Below, piece after piece: positions 1 to 13,862 of a stretch of 64,000 nucleotides of DNA. A model generated the notes under the pieces. That model was not told where the DNA came from. It saw only the letters and a list, made by a program, of their open reading frames with translations, and did not search any database. Position 1 is the stretch's first letter, and each line of letters begins with the position of its first letter. The position numbers were made by a program, and so were the translations under genes. The stretch is from Lama guanicoe (lineage: Eukaryota): positions 4,896,714 through 4,960,713 of the forward strand of contig MU053379.1 in NCBI GenBank assembly GCA_013239625.1. Direction: 5' to 3'.

Positions 1-3000
1 CCCCCTCCCCCCTTCCCCCTCCCCCCGCCACGGTGGTCCCTGAGGCCCCTCTGAAGGCTTGGGCTCACCGCAGTCAGTGGGCAGGCCCCGGCACTTGCTC
101 CCTGAGCCCCGATTCCCTCACTTCCTGGGGGCGCATCCCCAGTGAAAGGGAGCACAGGCTCTGAGTCTCTGGGGGCCCAGTCCAGGATGCCCACCCACCG
201 TGCCTGAGGACGAATAAACTCTCACCGGTGGTCACCACGCTTTCCCGCCAGGAGCCGGGCCATGACTGCCCAGGAAACTGTCCCTAAACAGAGGGCAGGG
301 CTCACCGTGCAAGTTGCTCCTGTGGGAACAGCCCACCAGCCACCCCGCCCAGTCTTCTAGGACCCGAGGTCTCCCCCCAGGAACTCTGGCCTGGATACAC
401 TCAGGGCCCAGAAAAGAGGCTGCCCAGACCCCTGGGAAGAGGGGACAGGTTCAAAAAGGATTTGAGGAAATGGAACTGAAATCAGTCATTTGAACATTAA
501 ATCACGAAAGTGCAAAGAACTCTGAGTTACTTTTATCCCACACCCCGGGAGCTGAATATTTCGACAAATTAATCGGTTCTCCAAAACGGCGTGTACATGT
601 AAATTTCGGTTGCTTTGGATGAGCTGCTGGCCTGGTTGCTAGAATTCACCTCCGCCAGGCCGGGTGAGGTGAGGAGCCCCCTGCGACTGGGGGCCCACCT
701 CCCGGCTTGCTGGGGCAGCCCCACCCACCTGAATGGGAAACCCGCCCATTCCCTGGAGAAGTTTCTTGAAGAAGTTTCCAAGAAGCCTGCTTGTTCACAC
801 CTTGGGGATGACAGTGCTTTCCCGAGGCTGGCAGAGGGGGCAGCCGGCCACCGCCGGGAGGGCCTCTGCCAGTTTCCGCGGCGGCACACGTGGCCGGGGA
901 GATGGAGGTCGCCCGCCAGCTCTGCAGTGTCCTCCGGGCACAAGGCCACCGCCGTGGGCAGCAGCCACAGAAGGCTCTCCTGGTTCCACCTGGAGGGCCA
1001 CAGGTCGCACCCCTCCACTTCCCCTCAAGTGCAGAATCAACAGTCACACTGATTCCCAGTTTCAAAACCCACTGAGACGCTTCAGCTGCCGACCAGACAC
1101 ATACGCGGACTCAATGCGGCAGGAACCAGACGTCAGAAACCAGCGCAGCCGACCCTGGAGAGGCAGCCCGGGTGCACAGACCCGGCTGCCCGATCCTGAG
1201 CCCTGGAACAGGCTCTTTCCCAGCAGTGACAGGAGCCCCGACCCCGCAGCCCGCAGCCTGGGGCGGACACCCACCAGGTGCTCCCCTTGGGACAGCAAAT
1301 CCCTAAAATCAAGGCAGGAGGGACCGCATTCCTTCCCCAATGCTGTCCAACCCCACAAAGCACCCTTTACCCCCTGGGGAGGAAGGAGCAGGGGGGCAAC
1401 TTGAGGCCAGGGCGCTCCTTTCCTGGACGGAAGCAGCCAAGTGAGCTGCGGGGGTCCCACCAAAGGTTCTTAGGGACCCTCTGCCTCACGCCCACTTAAA
1501 CTGGATCGCTTACTGTGGCCTAAGCACGACTCCCTAAGGTGTTTGCCTCCAAACCTGTGCCCACACAGCGAGGTGACCCCGTGTGTGCACTTAGCCAAGT
1601 TCCCACGTGCGGGGACAGCAAGTGAGAGCCACCCCCGCCCCGAGCAGGTGGAGAAGGGGCGTGGGCTCACGATGCCCCCGCGCCCAGTGCACGCTGATTC
1701 AAGTGTAAGTCTGATTCCGGCGATGCAATGAGGCAGAGTCTCCTCACCCTATGAGACCCAGGCATGGTCCCAGCCCCTCCAGCACCCGCCCTGCTGGCTG
1801 GGAGGCAACCCCCCGGGCCACTCCCCCATGCCGAGGCAGTGGTCACCGGCACCAAGGCGGTCTCCTCCATGCACACCTTCCCTCACCAGGATGCCTGGCC
1901 GGCTTCTGCCTGGGGCCCCGGCTTCCGCAGTCACTGCTGCTGTGCCCGGCACACCCCCCCCCACCTTCCCAGTGCCTCCCTGCCCCGCCTCCCCCCCCTC
2001 CAGCCCTGTCCCCGGCTCCCTCCCCTTTATTCCTCTTCTGAGAGCTCCCAGCCCCTGGCCACCTGTACCCCTCCTTTTTCCTCCTCCTCTCCCACTGGAC
2101 GGAAACTCTTAATGGACGAGGAATTTTGTCCTCTTATCCAACCACTTTCTCCCCAGCACCCAGAAAACCCCTAGCTCACAGGAGCGACCTGACAGACTGG
2201 ACTTAAAGGAAGGCAGACAGCTTAATTAGCATATTATCAAAGGCCAACTCTTCAGCCCAGAGGAGGCTGTAGCGTCTCACTTCGTGTCGTGTCCGATTCT
2301 CAGAGGGTCTCCAAGCGCCCCCACAGCAGCATCACCCAGCCGGGGACCAGTGGCAGTGAGGACTGTCACCCACTCTGAGCTTCCATGGCCACCTCCTTCC
2401 CCAAGGGACTCAGGCACAGCCTCCTCCTCCGAGCTGCCTCCAGGACCCCAGGCCTTCGTGGAGCATCCTGGGGCCCCTGTGGGGAGTGGAGCGCAGATGT
2501 CCTCACAGCAGGAGCAGGAACAGAGCCACCTCTGGCGCTGCCTCCCTCTGGCGCCCACGCGCCTGAGGGCACGTCACACACCTGGTGTGTTCCCACAACA
2601 AGCCTGTGCTGTGGGGACAACTGTTACCCAACTTGGTCCTGACAACCCAGGCCCCAAGAGTCTTCTTCAACATCCCAAACGCACGGAGAGCTGGCCCCGC
2701 ACCCTTTGCTGGGCCCGACTGGCCCACGGGGCCGGAGTCCACCCAGCGCTGGCCCTACCAGGGACTCTGCTCTGGGGTTGGTCCCTGCCCTGCCCTGGAA
2801 GGGCCCCTGCCTGCCAGGGGGTAAACGCCCCCTCACCCCTCCCTGCCCGAGAGCAGGGGCGCCCACCCAGCGCTGAGCCCGACACCTGCGGGCGGCCAGG
2901 CACACGTCCTCAGGTTACGGTTTCTCCAGGTGGACAGTCCCCTCTTTAAGATGTGACAGCCCAGGGCTCCTTCCATCTCAGGGAAGGACAGGTGTGGGGA

Positions 3001-6000
3001 CAGGGCGTGCCTCCCTGTGGAGTAGAACTACAGGAGCGCCGTCGGCGAGGGTTTACGGCAGACACGGGCTCCCTGGGTGCACCGTTTATGTGGGCACGTT
3101 TGCAGTGAATCACGGAGCTCGGCCACACAGGCTGGCTTCCCGCTGCCGCCCCCACCCGGTGCAGATAGGGGGGAGGGTGGAGCCGCAGCCCAGCCTGGGG
3201 CCAGTCTCTGCCCCCAGGCCTTGCTGCCCCACGTCCGCTCACCCTGGGGTGAAGCAGGGACACCCTTCCTGCTCTCAGCTCTCACCGCCCCGCCTGTTCC
3301 AGCTGCAAGTGCAGAACAGCAACCGTCCTGAAGTTAACGACATGAAGCACATTTTCATCACACCTCACGCCATTAATTTTAGGGTGGCCTGCTGGTCTGT
3401 GCTAGTGACTGGACTTCAGAAAGGGCACAGCAGGGACAGTTGTCTGCCCCACAACGTCTGGGGCTCCCAAGCTGGAGGGGCAGAGAAACGCAGGTGCTGG
3501 CAGACGCGGGTCCGGCTGGCGAGAGCCGCAGAGGTCTGGGCAGGCCCCTGGCAATGTCTGCTGGGATGTGAGTCCTCGAACCCAGATCATGGACCCTGTG
3601 CATTGAGTCAACGAGAAGTGAGAAAGATGAAAGGACCGTCACAGCCACAGATTACAGAGCAGCTGTGGGTGGTGACGTGTGTCAGCCAGGATGTGTGCTC
3701 GGACCCCAGAGAATTCCCTGGAAGGTGTCTGAAGCCCGTATGTTCAGTGGGAGGCTGGGGACAGGAGAGAACTAGAAAGGCAGGGCTGCAGTGCGCCGTC
3801 CCTGGGGCGGATGCAGGTAGCCGCAGGTGGCTCTTGGTCACTTCACTCGAGATGCAAATACCGTGGCAGAAACAGCCAGTGGCTTGGCCTGAACCACGTG
3901 CCACGCCTGCCCCCGGAGACAGTGTAATTTCCTAAGAGGAAACCAGGCTGCGGGCAGGTGGGGAGAGGTGCCGGCTCACGGCAGCGGGAGCGCTCGCGGC
4001 GAGCACGCGGAAGGAGCGCGCTCCGCAGCCCAGCTCTGCTCTTCCCGTGAGGGCGTCCCCGCCGCCACCAGCGGCCAGGAGCCGCCTCTGGTGAAGCAGT
4101 GCCGCCGCCCCTGCGCTTGTGGGCACAGATCCAAATGCCCAGCAGTGCTGGGAGGCCGGCCTCTGAAAGGAACGGAGCAGTGCCTGCAACTTTGTGCTTA
4201 AAAAGTGCAAGGCGGCCTTTGTTTACCAAGCTATTTGAAGATTGCTCGTTGTCTCCAAGCCACTAACAGGGTGAACCCTCTGCTGCCTTAAACACAGACT
4301 TGACAAGCTATTACTTTAGATTTTCAGTAACCACGTATATTTAGCAATTAGGGACATGAGCGCTGCCAAGTGACTGTGGGAAACTGATGCTGACGCTCGG
4401 ATCCTGCAGGGCTTGTGTTCATTCTACTGAACGGGGATCCCGAGCACGTGGCTTCAGTCCAGCCTCTGTCCCCGTGTCCTCCACCTGACTACAAGCACAG
4501 GCAATACACTTCTGTTCTCCTCTAAATGCGCTCTGCCCCATGCTCACTCGAACGGTCTACACTGGCCACCGGACTCCCACGCTGCCCAGCAGGAACGATG
4601 GCCTGCCCCGTGGGCGCCCTGTCCACAGCCCCAGCCACTGCTGCAGGCCCTGGAGACCCCGTCTGGGGGCTTTCCTAATGTGGGGTCAGGCCAAAGGGAC
4701 CAGCCTGGACCCCCAGAACAGCCCTTCAGGCCTTGGGCCCGGACGGCTCCCAGGTGGGCTGAGCCCCCGCCTGCAGCTTCCTATGGCTCCTTCCTCCCCT
4801 GTGGCAGCCCGAGATCCCTCCCAGAGAAGCCACGTCACTCAAGCCCTCATCCCTCGCGTCTGCCTCCGTGGGAGCCCACCCAAGCCACCCACCAGCCCCC
4901 ATAAACCAGCCTCCTCTTTCTGCATCGGAAGAGAAGGTCCACGTGGGGGCGCCAGGCAGCTGCTGCACTGCCTGGCCTAGGAGTCACCTGCAAGGCTCTG
5001 CAGAAGCGTGACAATCACCCCCTCCCCGTCCTCCCTTTTCCCAGGCATTCATACACCTCCTGGGACAGGACAGGCGGACAACAGGGAGGCCAGACGGGCG
5101 ACAGGCCCTGTGCGGGACCACCAGTGGGGACACGGGGCTCCCCCTCCCCGGACCCCTGCTGGTACTTGGACAAAAGTCACGTGGCCTGAGGGGCGACTGC
5201 CACCGGCAGGTGCCTGTCCCGAGCGGCCTGCTCAGAGCCCTGGGCTTTACGCAGTCTGTCCTGCCCTCGGGGGTCTGAGGCCAGGGGAGTTTGAGAACCG
5301 CTGAAAGGGAACCAGGGGAGCATCCGCTCACAGTGGAGAAAGCGGGGCCGGGGGCAGGCGGCCGCCGGATGGCCCCTGAACCTCACCCCCACCCACCCGG
5401 GGGGTGATGTTGGGAGAAATCGCCGTGGTCTCCACACCACATGGCACGGATTCAAGCAACTTTACTCAAACCTGAGCCACAAAAAGAAGACGTTCAAAAG
5501 TAAGACACACAAAGGGAAAACGGTAGAAGCACTGACGGGTTCCATGAAAAGCGTCCTCTGGCCCTTCAACCACCCCCCCACATCGCCGCTCCGCCCCGCC
5601 CCATGTTTATCCCAGCGCGTTCGCTTCTCCACTTCACACGGACCTGCCCTTTATCCCCCTGAACTATGTCTTGGAAACGCCTTCTTCTCAGTCAAGAGTC
5701 CCTCTTCCACTGCATTCACCTCCCCAGGGACGGGCCCGCGGCCCCCACGCAGGACCGTTGCCCCAGCTGAGGGGCGGACGCTGCCCCCGCGATCACCTGG
5801 CCGACTCCCTGCAGGCAGACAGAGGCTCCTGTCCACACTGGCCTGGCTGGGGTTCCAGGACCTCAGTTCCCTCGTCATCCATCAGGGTCCTGCCAGCCCG
5901 TGTCGGGAAGGGCCCAGCACGACTGCAGGAACGGTCAAGAGAGGGGGTCCCTGTCTTCCTCTGACCCCCACTCCCAGGGACCCAGCTCATAGCGCTTCCG

Positions 6001-7139
6001 TCCAAGCCCACCGCAGTGACAGGGAACGCGGCCCAAGGGGCTGGGCGACGGGGCCACGGGTGGGGGGCCAGGGAGCTGGTCCCACACATCTGGGGACGTT
6101 CCTGGGCCAGAAAGCCCTGGCTGCTGGAGGCAGTGGCGGGAGGACTGGGATGCACCGAGTCCCTCCAAAACACCTGTGAGAGCCTGACTGCCCATTTAAC
6201 AAAGCGCAGCCTCTTCTCTGGGGAAGACTAACCCAGGACAGCCAAGCAGTGACTCACAGTCCAGGTGACAGGCACTGGCCGACCGGAGTGTCACAGCTCT
6301 TCAGACAAGGCCCAACAGTAGCTCACTCCAAAAACCCCTCACCCTCTCAGGCCCCAGCTCCGCCAGCGGGACTCCCCCTCCCGTCCCTGTGTTCTTGAGG
6401 CTCCTGGAAGGAAACAGAGAACCTTGTTCCATTAGCATAACCCGTCCTTGCAGAGCATGAAAGTACGTGATTGCTTTTTGGAAACACCTGACCCACCTAC
6501 TGGGGCAGCAACTCAGGAAATCTGGTAAGGTGGTAATGGAGAATGTGTCCGGTGCGAACATCCACTCTAAAAACATGCTCATGTCACACTTCCCATAAAG
6601 GTCAAAATTACTGTTACGTTGAAAACATTTCTCAAAGTACAACTGTCTTGACCCGTGAAGTGAACCCAATTCCTACTAGGTTTACAGCCTCGGGCTTAAG
6701 GCACACGCGTCTCACCAGAAGGGCCTCACTAATCATGCTGGAGGCTGAATTACAGCGGCACTCGAGGACCGTATACCGCCTTGCTGGCTGCCTTGGTGAC
6801 GCCTTCCCTTGGAAGCAAGCACACCTTCCCCAGCCCGGCCCGCGACCACGTCTCCGCCCGCTCGGGTCACTCAGGCACAGACCTGTCCCCTCCCTGCTGG
6901 CGCCGTCCACCTCCGGGAGCCTCTGGCCGGGGAGCCGCCAGCCAGGTGTCACTGCAGCCGCAAGGGGCGCCACGGCCCGCAGAGGGTGCGCAGCATGGAC
7001 AGGGGTCCTGCTCGGGGGCCGTCTTCCAGACGCAACCAGGAAGCTACAGGGAGAAGCATCCGCCCCTCCCAGCTTCTCCGGTGGAGCCTGGAAAGTGGGC
7101 GGCGGGTGGAAGGGGCCCAGGCAGCAGCTATGCACGCTG

Positions 7140-7500
7140 CACCCAGACTCTGTCATCACACAGCCTGGACATCCTGGAGGGTGAGGCTGGGTGCTCATGG
7201 CCCAGATCAAGTGTCCACCACCTCTGCTTTTCCAGAGGCTCCGGGGAGGCCCCGACCAGGCTCCCGGAGGCAGAGCCCAGTTCCTTGTGTTGCAAGACAA
7301 GGCCCGACTCCGTGTGGCCGTCAGCCAAGGGCTGTCCTGGGCCCCGCAGGGCTCCTCACGCATCACACCCTCATCAAGTCCAGGAACTGGGCCTCGTGTG
7401 ATGAGGTCAGGCCCGCCGGGGTGACCTCCCACTTCCAAGGTCAGAGGACGCCTGCACAGGGGAAATCCCCTTGGCCCTGTGAGCACCGTCACCACGGGGC
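7140..7500 (-). mobile_element. Degenerate MaLR (MLT1) LTR
   Basis: GTGATGAGGTCAGGCCCGCCGGGGTGACCTCCCACTTCCAAGGTCAG...CTGCACAGGGGAAATCCCCTTGGCCCTGTGAG resembles antisense MLT1; boundaries approximate. Confidence 0.45.
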
Positions 7501-8390
7501 CAGCCCTGCCCCGTCACAGGCTGGGGGCCTGGGGGAGGTCTCGGGGCGCCTCTGGAGTCGGCCTGGCACACCCCACGCCCTGCGAGCAGGGAACACTCAC
7601 TGTGGCCGAGGAGGCCGCTGAGTTCAAGCCAAACCCCAAATGCAGAGAGAAAGGAATGAAATTCATACGGGTCCCCAGCCTGGCCGTCCACGTAGGTACC
7701 AATATGCCATCACAATTAACACGTTTCCTTTTCCTTTAATGACTCACTTTGCAACAGCACAGTGTGAAAGATGGCGTCCCCTGTCTGCAGAAAGAGGCAA
7801 AGGCATTCTCAGAGGCACACACACATTTTTACAGAACGTTTTGCTTTGGGCAATGAGGAAATACATTAAGCAAAGAAAGGGTGTTGGGGCCATGGCCCAT
7901 CCAGGCCTAATCATGCCGCCTCTCTCCAGGGACTTGGCCAGGACCCCATCCCCTGCCAGTCAGGGGAGCCAGTGGACACCCAGGCAGCAGGAGTGCCACA
8001 GAGAGGCGCTGGGCTGGCCCACGTCTGACTTGCGGAGCCACGCAGCCTGCAGGGGAAACCACAGAGCAGTGAAGGTGCCTGCCCCACGGCCAGCAGCCGG
8101 GGCACCGGGGCAGCCGGGAGAGGAGCTGGCACGGCCTATCAGGGTAGAGACAGTGGCACCCACAGGCCACGAGCATGTGTTCACACCTGTTCCAAGGGCC
8201 ACCCAAGATTCTGGCTGAGGATCATTTTAGGGATAACTGTACCTCTGAGGGGCTGCAACAGTGCACCTAGCAGTTCTCAGCTTGTCCACCTCACTGGGGG
8301 CTGGCTAGGGCCACACGTTCCAGGACTCCTGGACCAGAAGCCCTGCAGCGGGCCCAGCACAGCTCTAACAATCCCACGGGGTTTGGACTC

Positions 8391-8483
8391 TTTTTTTTTT
8401 TTTTTAATGAAGAGACTGGGGATTGAACCCAGGACCCTGTGCATGCTAAGCACTTTCTCTATCCCTGAGCCATCCCCTTCCCC
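8391..8483 (-). mobile_element. tRNA-derived SINE (camelid Vic-1-like)
   Basis: Reverse complement GGGGAAGGGGATGGCTCAGGGATAGAG...CTTAGCATGCACAGGGTCCTGGGTTCAATCCCCAG followed by poly-A; A/B boxes; imperfect flanking repeat GACTCTT. Confidence 0.8.
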
Positions 8484-8901
8484 AGGTGCTGACTCTTAAT
8501 TCCCTTCAACGCCTTCTTTTGAAGAGTATGCCTGGGAGAAATGGAGCCTGGCCCTGTGACGTGACAGTTGGAGTGACGGAACAGCCTGAGCAGGCAGTGA
8601 GTCTCCCGCCTCCAGGGGAGTTTAAACCAAGGCCACGCTGTCATTGGGCAGGATGAGGCCCCTGGCATTCAACTGTGCAAAAACAGCAGGACGAATTGAT
8701 GCATGGTGGATAAAGCCAATGCAGAGAAAGTTACCTGTGGCTTCCGGGGTGACACATGAGTGTCCATGGAACAATTCATTCAACTTTTCTGAAAATCATT
8801 ACAATAAAAAGGGTGTTGAAGAAATCAAGTGAAGAATTGAGTTTCATGATCACCCCTTTGGCCCTGGATTCAAGGTTCTTGGACACTGACACCCACCACA
8901 A

Positions 8902-8945
8902 ACATGCACACACACACACACACAAACACACAAACACACCACACA
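8902..8945. repeat. Imperfect (CA)n microsatellite
   Basis: ACATGCACACACACACACACACAAACACACAAACACACCACACA. Confidence 0.8.
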
Positions 8946-9751
8946 TGATGTGTAAGTCCAACCAGCCCCGGGGCCAGAGGGTCAACACTTCAAGATTAAA
9001 AAGCCACCAAAAATGGGACGAAGGTGAGGGAGTTGGTGAAGTCAACCTCGGCTCACCTGCACAAAGGGGCTTAGCTCAAGAAAGACCAACCCAGGGTCGT
9101 GAAATTGCACTCTGGAGATTCCACACAAGGGCTATGCAAACTGACAGCAGAAGGAAAGCCAGAGAAATGTGTTACCCACGTCAGCGTGAAGCCCAGTGAC
9201 CCAGCCGAGGGTCACAGACACCCAAGGTGAAGTACTCCTAGCGCCTAAGGGACTGTAATAAATGGGTCCTCCGAGGGGGACTGAGGCAGAGAAGCCGTCT
9301 CCCTCCACTCAAATCAGCAAACGTCTTCTGAAACCAGGAGGAGGGCAAACCAGGGCCGTGGGGTGGGCGGTGGAGACCCAGCTGTTCTCCAGGGTCTACC
9401 TGGACCCCGGGAGCTTCGAAATGCTCACTCCCAGCCCCACATCCAGGCCCAAGGAATGGGGGTTCACGCAGGAACAGTCTGCGTTTTCACCAAGCTTGCG
9501 GGGCTGCTCTGATGAGCGTCCCTGAGAACCCAGAGCCTACCTGGAAGCTGCAGGAGACTGGAGGCAGGTGCTCTTGTCACCCTGCCCACATCGCAGTGCC
9601 TGGCTGCGACGATGTGCGGCTGGGGGGACACTGCACCGCCCCTGCCCTCAGCCCACAGCCCAGCAGCTTCCTCATCCCCCAGGCCTGCTCTGAGACCCCT
9701 AGCTGCCCAGCGAGAACCTGCTCATCAGCCCACCTACAGGGGCTGTGTCCC

Positions 9752-9838
9752 GCCCCACTCCACCCCTGGCCCCACCCACTCTCCACCCAGCCCCCACCCA
9801 CTCTACACCCATGGCCCCACCTACTCTACACCCATACC
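9752..9838. repeat. Short C-rich degenerate tandem repeat (~20-23 bp unit, ~4 copies)
   Basis: CCCCACCCACTCT(C/A)CACCC(ATGG) units. Confidence 0.6.
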
Positions 9839-10504
9839 CGGCCTGGAAATATTTAACGACCACCCAAAGAGAACAAGCAAAAGCTACTTATTGGGAGCTT
9901 CTGACAGCAAGGGGGGCTCAGCCACCGTCCCCGTCCCCGCGGGGCAGAGACGCACGCAGGCAGGGGAGTGGGAAACTCTACGACGGGAAAGGGAAGTTTC
10001 AGGCGGGCGGGGGCGCGGGAGGCGGGTGACCAGACGCGGGGCACGCAGGGCTTTCTTCGCTGGGTGATGCCAGGGCAGAATGGGGACAAAATTAGGGAAG
10101 CTGGAGGTTGCTGACCCGGCCGGACCGTTGGGCTGATTGCGGCAGAGGCTGTGGTCTGTCTCCCTGGCGGAGCTGCAGGGTGTGGGCAGGGTGCCCTGGT
10201 CACACTGTCCACAGGAGCATGTGCCTCTCACCGGTACCCTCCCCAGATGCCAAGCACTCCGACCCTTGTCTCAGGTCTGCTGGGTGGGGGAGCTGAGCTC
10301 AGCGCGAGACCTTCCCTGAGGAGGAGGGTGAAGGTAAGCGCCTGTGAGCCAGCTGCGCTGAGGCCCCTGGAGGCCCCCCCAGCTCTCCGCATGCCTCCTT
10401 GCGGGTCGCAGGGACACCCGTCTGTCTCAGGTCCAGCAGCGGGCCTTCCTCTCCCCAACGCCCCCGGGGCCCACACAACAATGGCCCCAGAGAGGCCCAC
10501 ACCC

Positions 10505-10650
10505 AAAGCCTCAAACCTGTGACTGGTTCTTTTCAGGGGAAGGGAGGGGCTCTGCAGATGTGAAGAAGGACTGTGAGATTGGGCAGGGGGACCCTAGATG
10601 TAATCACATGAACCTTCAGAGCAGAGAACGGGACTTTGGTGAGAAAGGGG
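10505..10650 (+). mobile_element. Degenerate MaLR (MLT1) LTR fragment
   Basis: GGGGCTCTGCAGATGTGAAGAAGGACTGTGAGAT...CCCTAGATGTAATCACATGAACCTT. Confidence 0.45.
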
Positions 10651-11221
10651 TGAAGACGGGTCAGGGAGGTGCCTCCCTGGCAGTCGACAGCCCGTGTCCC
10701 CGTCCTGGGGCTGCTCTGCACTCTGGCACTCCAGCACCCTGCCCTGCGTCTCCCCTCCTTACCCTCCGGTCCCGGCCCCTCCAGGAGTTCCCGAGTCCCA
10801 GCTCCAGACCCTTGGGGGAGGGGTGTCCCCGACACCCCTTGGATATAAAACCCAGTTGAAGGGAGTTTAGCCCATGGTGGGACCTCAGGGCACGTGGGCA
10901 ACACAGGTGGACAGAGAGTCCAAATCTGCATGCGGCCCTTGGCTCTCCCAATGCCAGGTCACAGGTCACACTGCTGCCACTGTTCTGCAGCAGGAGGCTT
11001 CAATGGCTGCTGGGCGAGGGCCTGGATGATGGCTGCAGAGCCAAGTTCCCTGTCAGCACCACCACTTGCTCCTCCAGCAAACCTTCCTAGGGTCGAGTGG
11101 GCCCAAGGACGACCCAGAGATTGAGGCTGAACCACCAGGGCCCCGAGCTGAGAGCCCCCATTCCTCACAGAAGAACGAGTAAAGAGGGGCAACGCTGCCC
11201 TTCTGCCCACCTCACCAGGCC

Positions 11222-11391
11222 AGGGGCTGCCAGGTTAGCACATCAAAATTCAGGGAATTTAAATGTTGGAGAATGAATGATTTTAATATAAGTATTTCCC
11301 ATGCAAAATTTAGGATATACTTATTAAAAATGTATTTGTTTTCTCTGAAATTCAGATTTACTGAGTGCCCTGTATTTTAACTGGCAACCTT
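11222..11391. mobile_element. MER53 palindromic hAT-type MITE
   Basis: Ends AGGGGCTGCCAG ... CTGGCAACCTT; centre ATAAGTATTTCCCATGCAAAATTTAGGATATACTTAT is self-complementary; AT-rich island. Confidence 0.78.
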
Positions 11392-12714
11392 AGATAACGA
11401 GGTATCAGAGGCCAGACCAGGCCTTTATGGGAACTGGAAAGTTCAGCAGCGTTCTCCTATAGCAAGAAGGCCACAGCAGCTCTGGGGGGCTACACGTACA
11501 GTGGGATGGACAAACAGGAGACACCTGTCCTCCTCCAACCACAGAGCACGTCTTTCAAGTCACCTGCCCACCTCATAACAAACTGAGCGGACGTGGGCCG
11601 ATCACAACGCACTCCAGCAGCTGCTGTCAGTCGCTGCTGAACTGCTGGGCTGCAGGGCCCCTGTGCATAGTGCTCGGCCCCGGCCCCGGCCCTGCCCAGC
11701 ACTGCAGCTGCAGGGTGAAGTCAGGGAGACGGGTCCCCTCCAGAGAGGTTCAGACCTCAAATCCCTCTGGACCCACGTGAGGCAGGTAACTTCCAAAGAC
11801 GCTCACGACAACACATCCCCCACACGCCCTGCTTACGGGGACACGAGCGTGCTGGGGGGGGTCTGCTCTCTCCCCTCCCCCTCCTTTGAATCTAGGAAGG
11901 TCGGCTGTTACGGCAGAAGCACCAAGTGACTCTGAAAGCTGACTTGTACACGGGGGTGGCTGCCTGGATTCTGGGGACACTCACTCTTAGAACCCGGCCA
12001 CTACACCGACGGCCCCAGGGAGCCTGCCAACAACCAGGTGATCCCAGGCCCCAGCCTGAGGGTCCTCCCAAGGACATCCCAGACCTCGAGGACAGCGGTG
12101 TCCACACAAGCCCCAAGATCCACCGGGACGCGCCCCCCCGCCCACACCTCAGGCTGAGAACTGCGTTTCCCTAGAGGGGCCAAGGGCGGCTCGAGTAGGG
12201 GTCCCAGAGCTGAGGTGAAGTCCCCAGTCATGGCCCTGCTCATTTCTTGGGTCACAGCGCCACCGTGTGGACAAGGTTCTGCAGGTCGCCCGCTGCTCTT
12301 CACAGAGACAGGTCCAGACGACAAAGTGTAGCCCACCACCCCGATGACCATGAGGCCTTGAGAAAATGAAGAACGAGCAGGACACAGAGGTGTCACAAGC
12401 CCGTCAGAGAGTCCTCCCCGGGGACAAGCGGCTTTGTGTTCATTCCGTACAGCATTTAGGTGCGTGAAAGTCACACCCCCCAGACCCTTCCCTCAGGCGC
12501 CTCTCCCGGCCCTGCAAGGCTCTGTGACACTTTTGCCAACAGTCACACCCGGTGCCATGCCGGCACGCTTGCCACCATCAGAGACCCTGTGGCAGAGCTG
12601 GCGCCTCCGGGCTGGCCGTGAGGGTAGGGCCAGCACAGGCAGCCCCAGGTTCAGGCCCTGCGCCAAGGCGGGGACATGGGTGCAGGACAGGGGCCGGGGC
12701 CTCACTGCCCACCT

Positions 12715-12790
12715 GGCTCTGCAGAACCTCCCACAGTTTCTCACCCCGTTGTGCCTCAGTTTCCTTGACTGTCAAATGACAGTGCAGGAC
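12715..12790 (+). mobile_element. MIR SINE fragment
   Basis: TGTGCCTCAGTTTCCTTGACTGTCAAATG core. Confidence 0.5.
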
Positions 12791-13479
12791 AGCTGAGAAA
12801 AGGGCCCGGGAGGGACAGAGGGTGCTGTCAACATGCCCTCGCACCACCACCACCTCTGTGGTCAGAGCTAACGAGCAGCCTCTGCTGGCAGAGCCCCGGG
12901 CTCCCAGCCCACATGGAGAGACGGGGCAAGACGCTTGGGACTCGGCAGCATCAGGACAGCTTGGGTGTCCCATTCGCTCCTCGGCCACGTGGCCAGGTGG
13001 CTGGGGAAGGACAGCCGAGAGACCCGGACGGTCTGGCCAACCAGCAGTGGGCACACCCTGGAGGCCAGGAGGACGTCATGGGTTCCAGTGACCTTCCAGG
13101 CCGAGACAGTTAACCCTGGAGGCAAAAAGGCCTCCTGGGGGGCTTGTGAAACTGACTCCTGGGCCCCACTCAGAGTCGGATCCGAGGTCTGGGGGAGGGC
13201 CCAAGACTGCTTCTCCATCAGGCTCCCAGGGAGTGCTGACCCTCTGGCCTGGGGACCGCCCTTCAAGCAGGAGGCGGGGGCAGGACGAGTGAGTCAGGAA
13301 CAGACCAGCAAATGAATGAGCAGGACTCGGGACAGAGCCCACGACCCCCCAGCAGTCAGGCCGCGGACGGGGCAGAAACAGTGCACGTAACAGGCTCGCA
13401 CACAGTAACGCACGCAGACACCGACACGTGAACACGCAGACACAAGCCACACACACTTACACACAGACAGGCCCAGGCA

Positions 13480-13862
13480 CACACGTTCTCCAGAGAACCG
13501 GCACCAGAACCAGCAGGTGCCGGGCAGGGAGCAGGGGCAGTGGTGTGAAGAGATTTAATTTACTACAAGGAGCTGAGGCTGGCAAGTCCAGACTCAGGCC
13601 AGCCAGGGGCGCAGCTCTGAGTCGAGTCTGAAGCTGGGGGAGACTGGCCCCCGGGCTGGAAGGCGGTCAGGCAGAGACAGCGCTCTTCCTCCTCTTCTTC
13701 CTTCAGCGCTGTTCAGGCCGTCCACTGATCGGATGCGGCCCACCACACCAGGAGGGCCAAGTGCCTTAGTCCGTCTCCAGGCTCAGATACTGATCTACCC
13801 CAGAAACACTCTCATGGACCCACACAGAACCATGTTTGACCAAATGCCTGGGCACCCCCCCC
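13480..13862 (-). mobile_element. ERVL LTR (MLT2 family)
   Basis: Reverse complement GGGGTGCCCAGGCATTTGGTCAAACATGGTTCTGTGTGGGTCCATGAGAGTGTTTCTGGGTAGATCAG resembles the MLT2 5' part; GTTCTCCAGAGAAC marks the other end. Confidence 0.7.
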
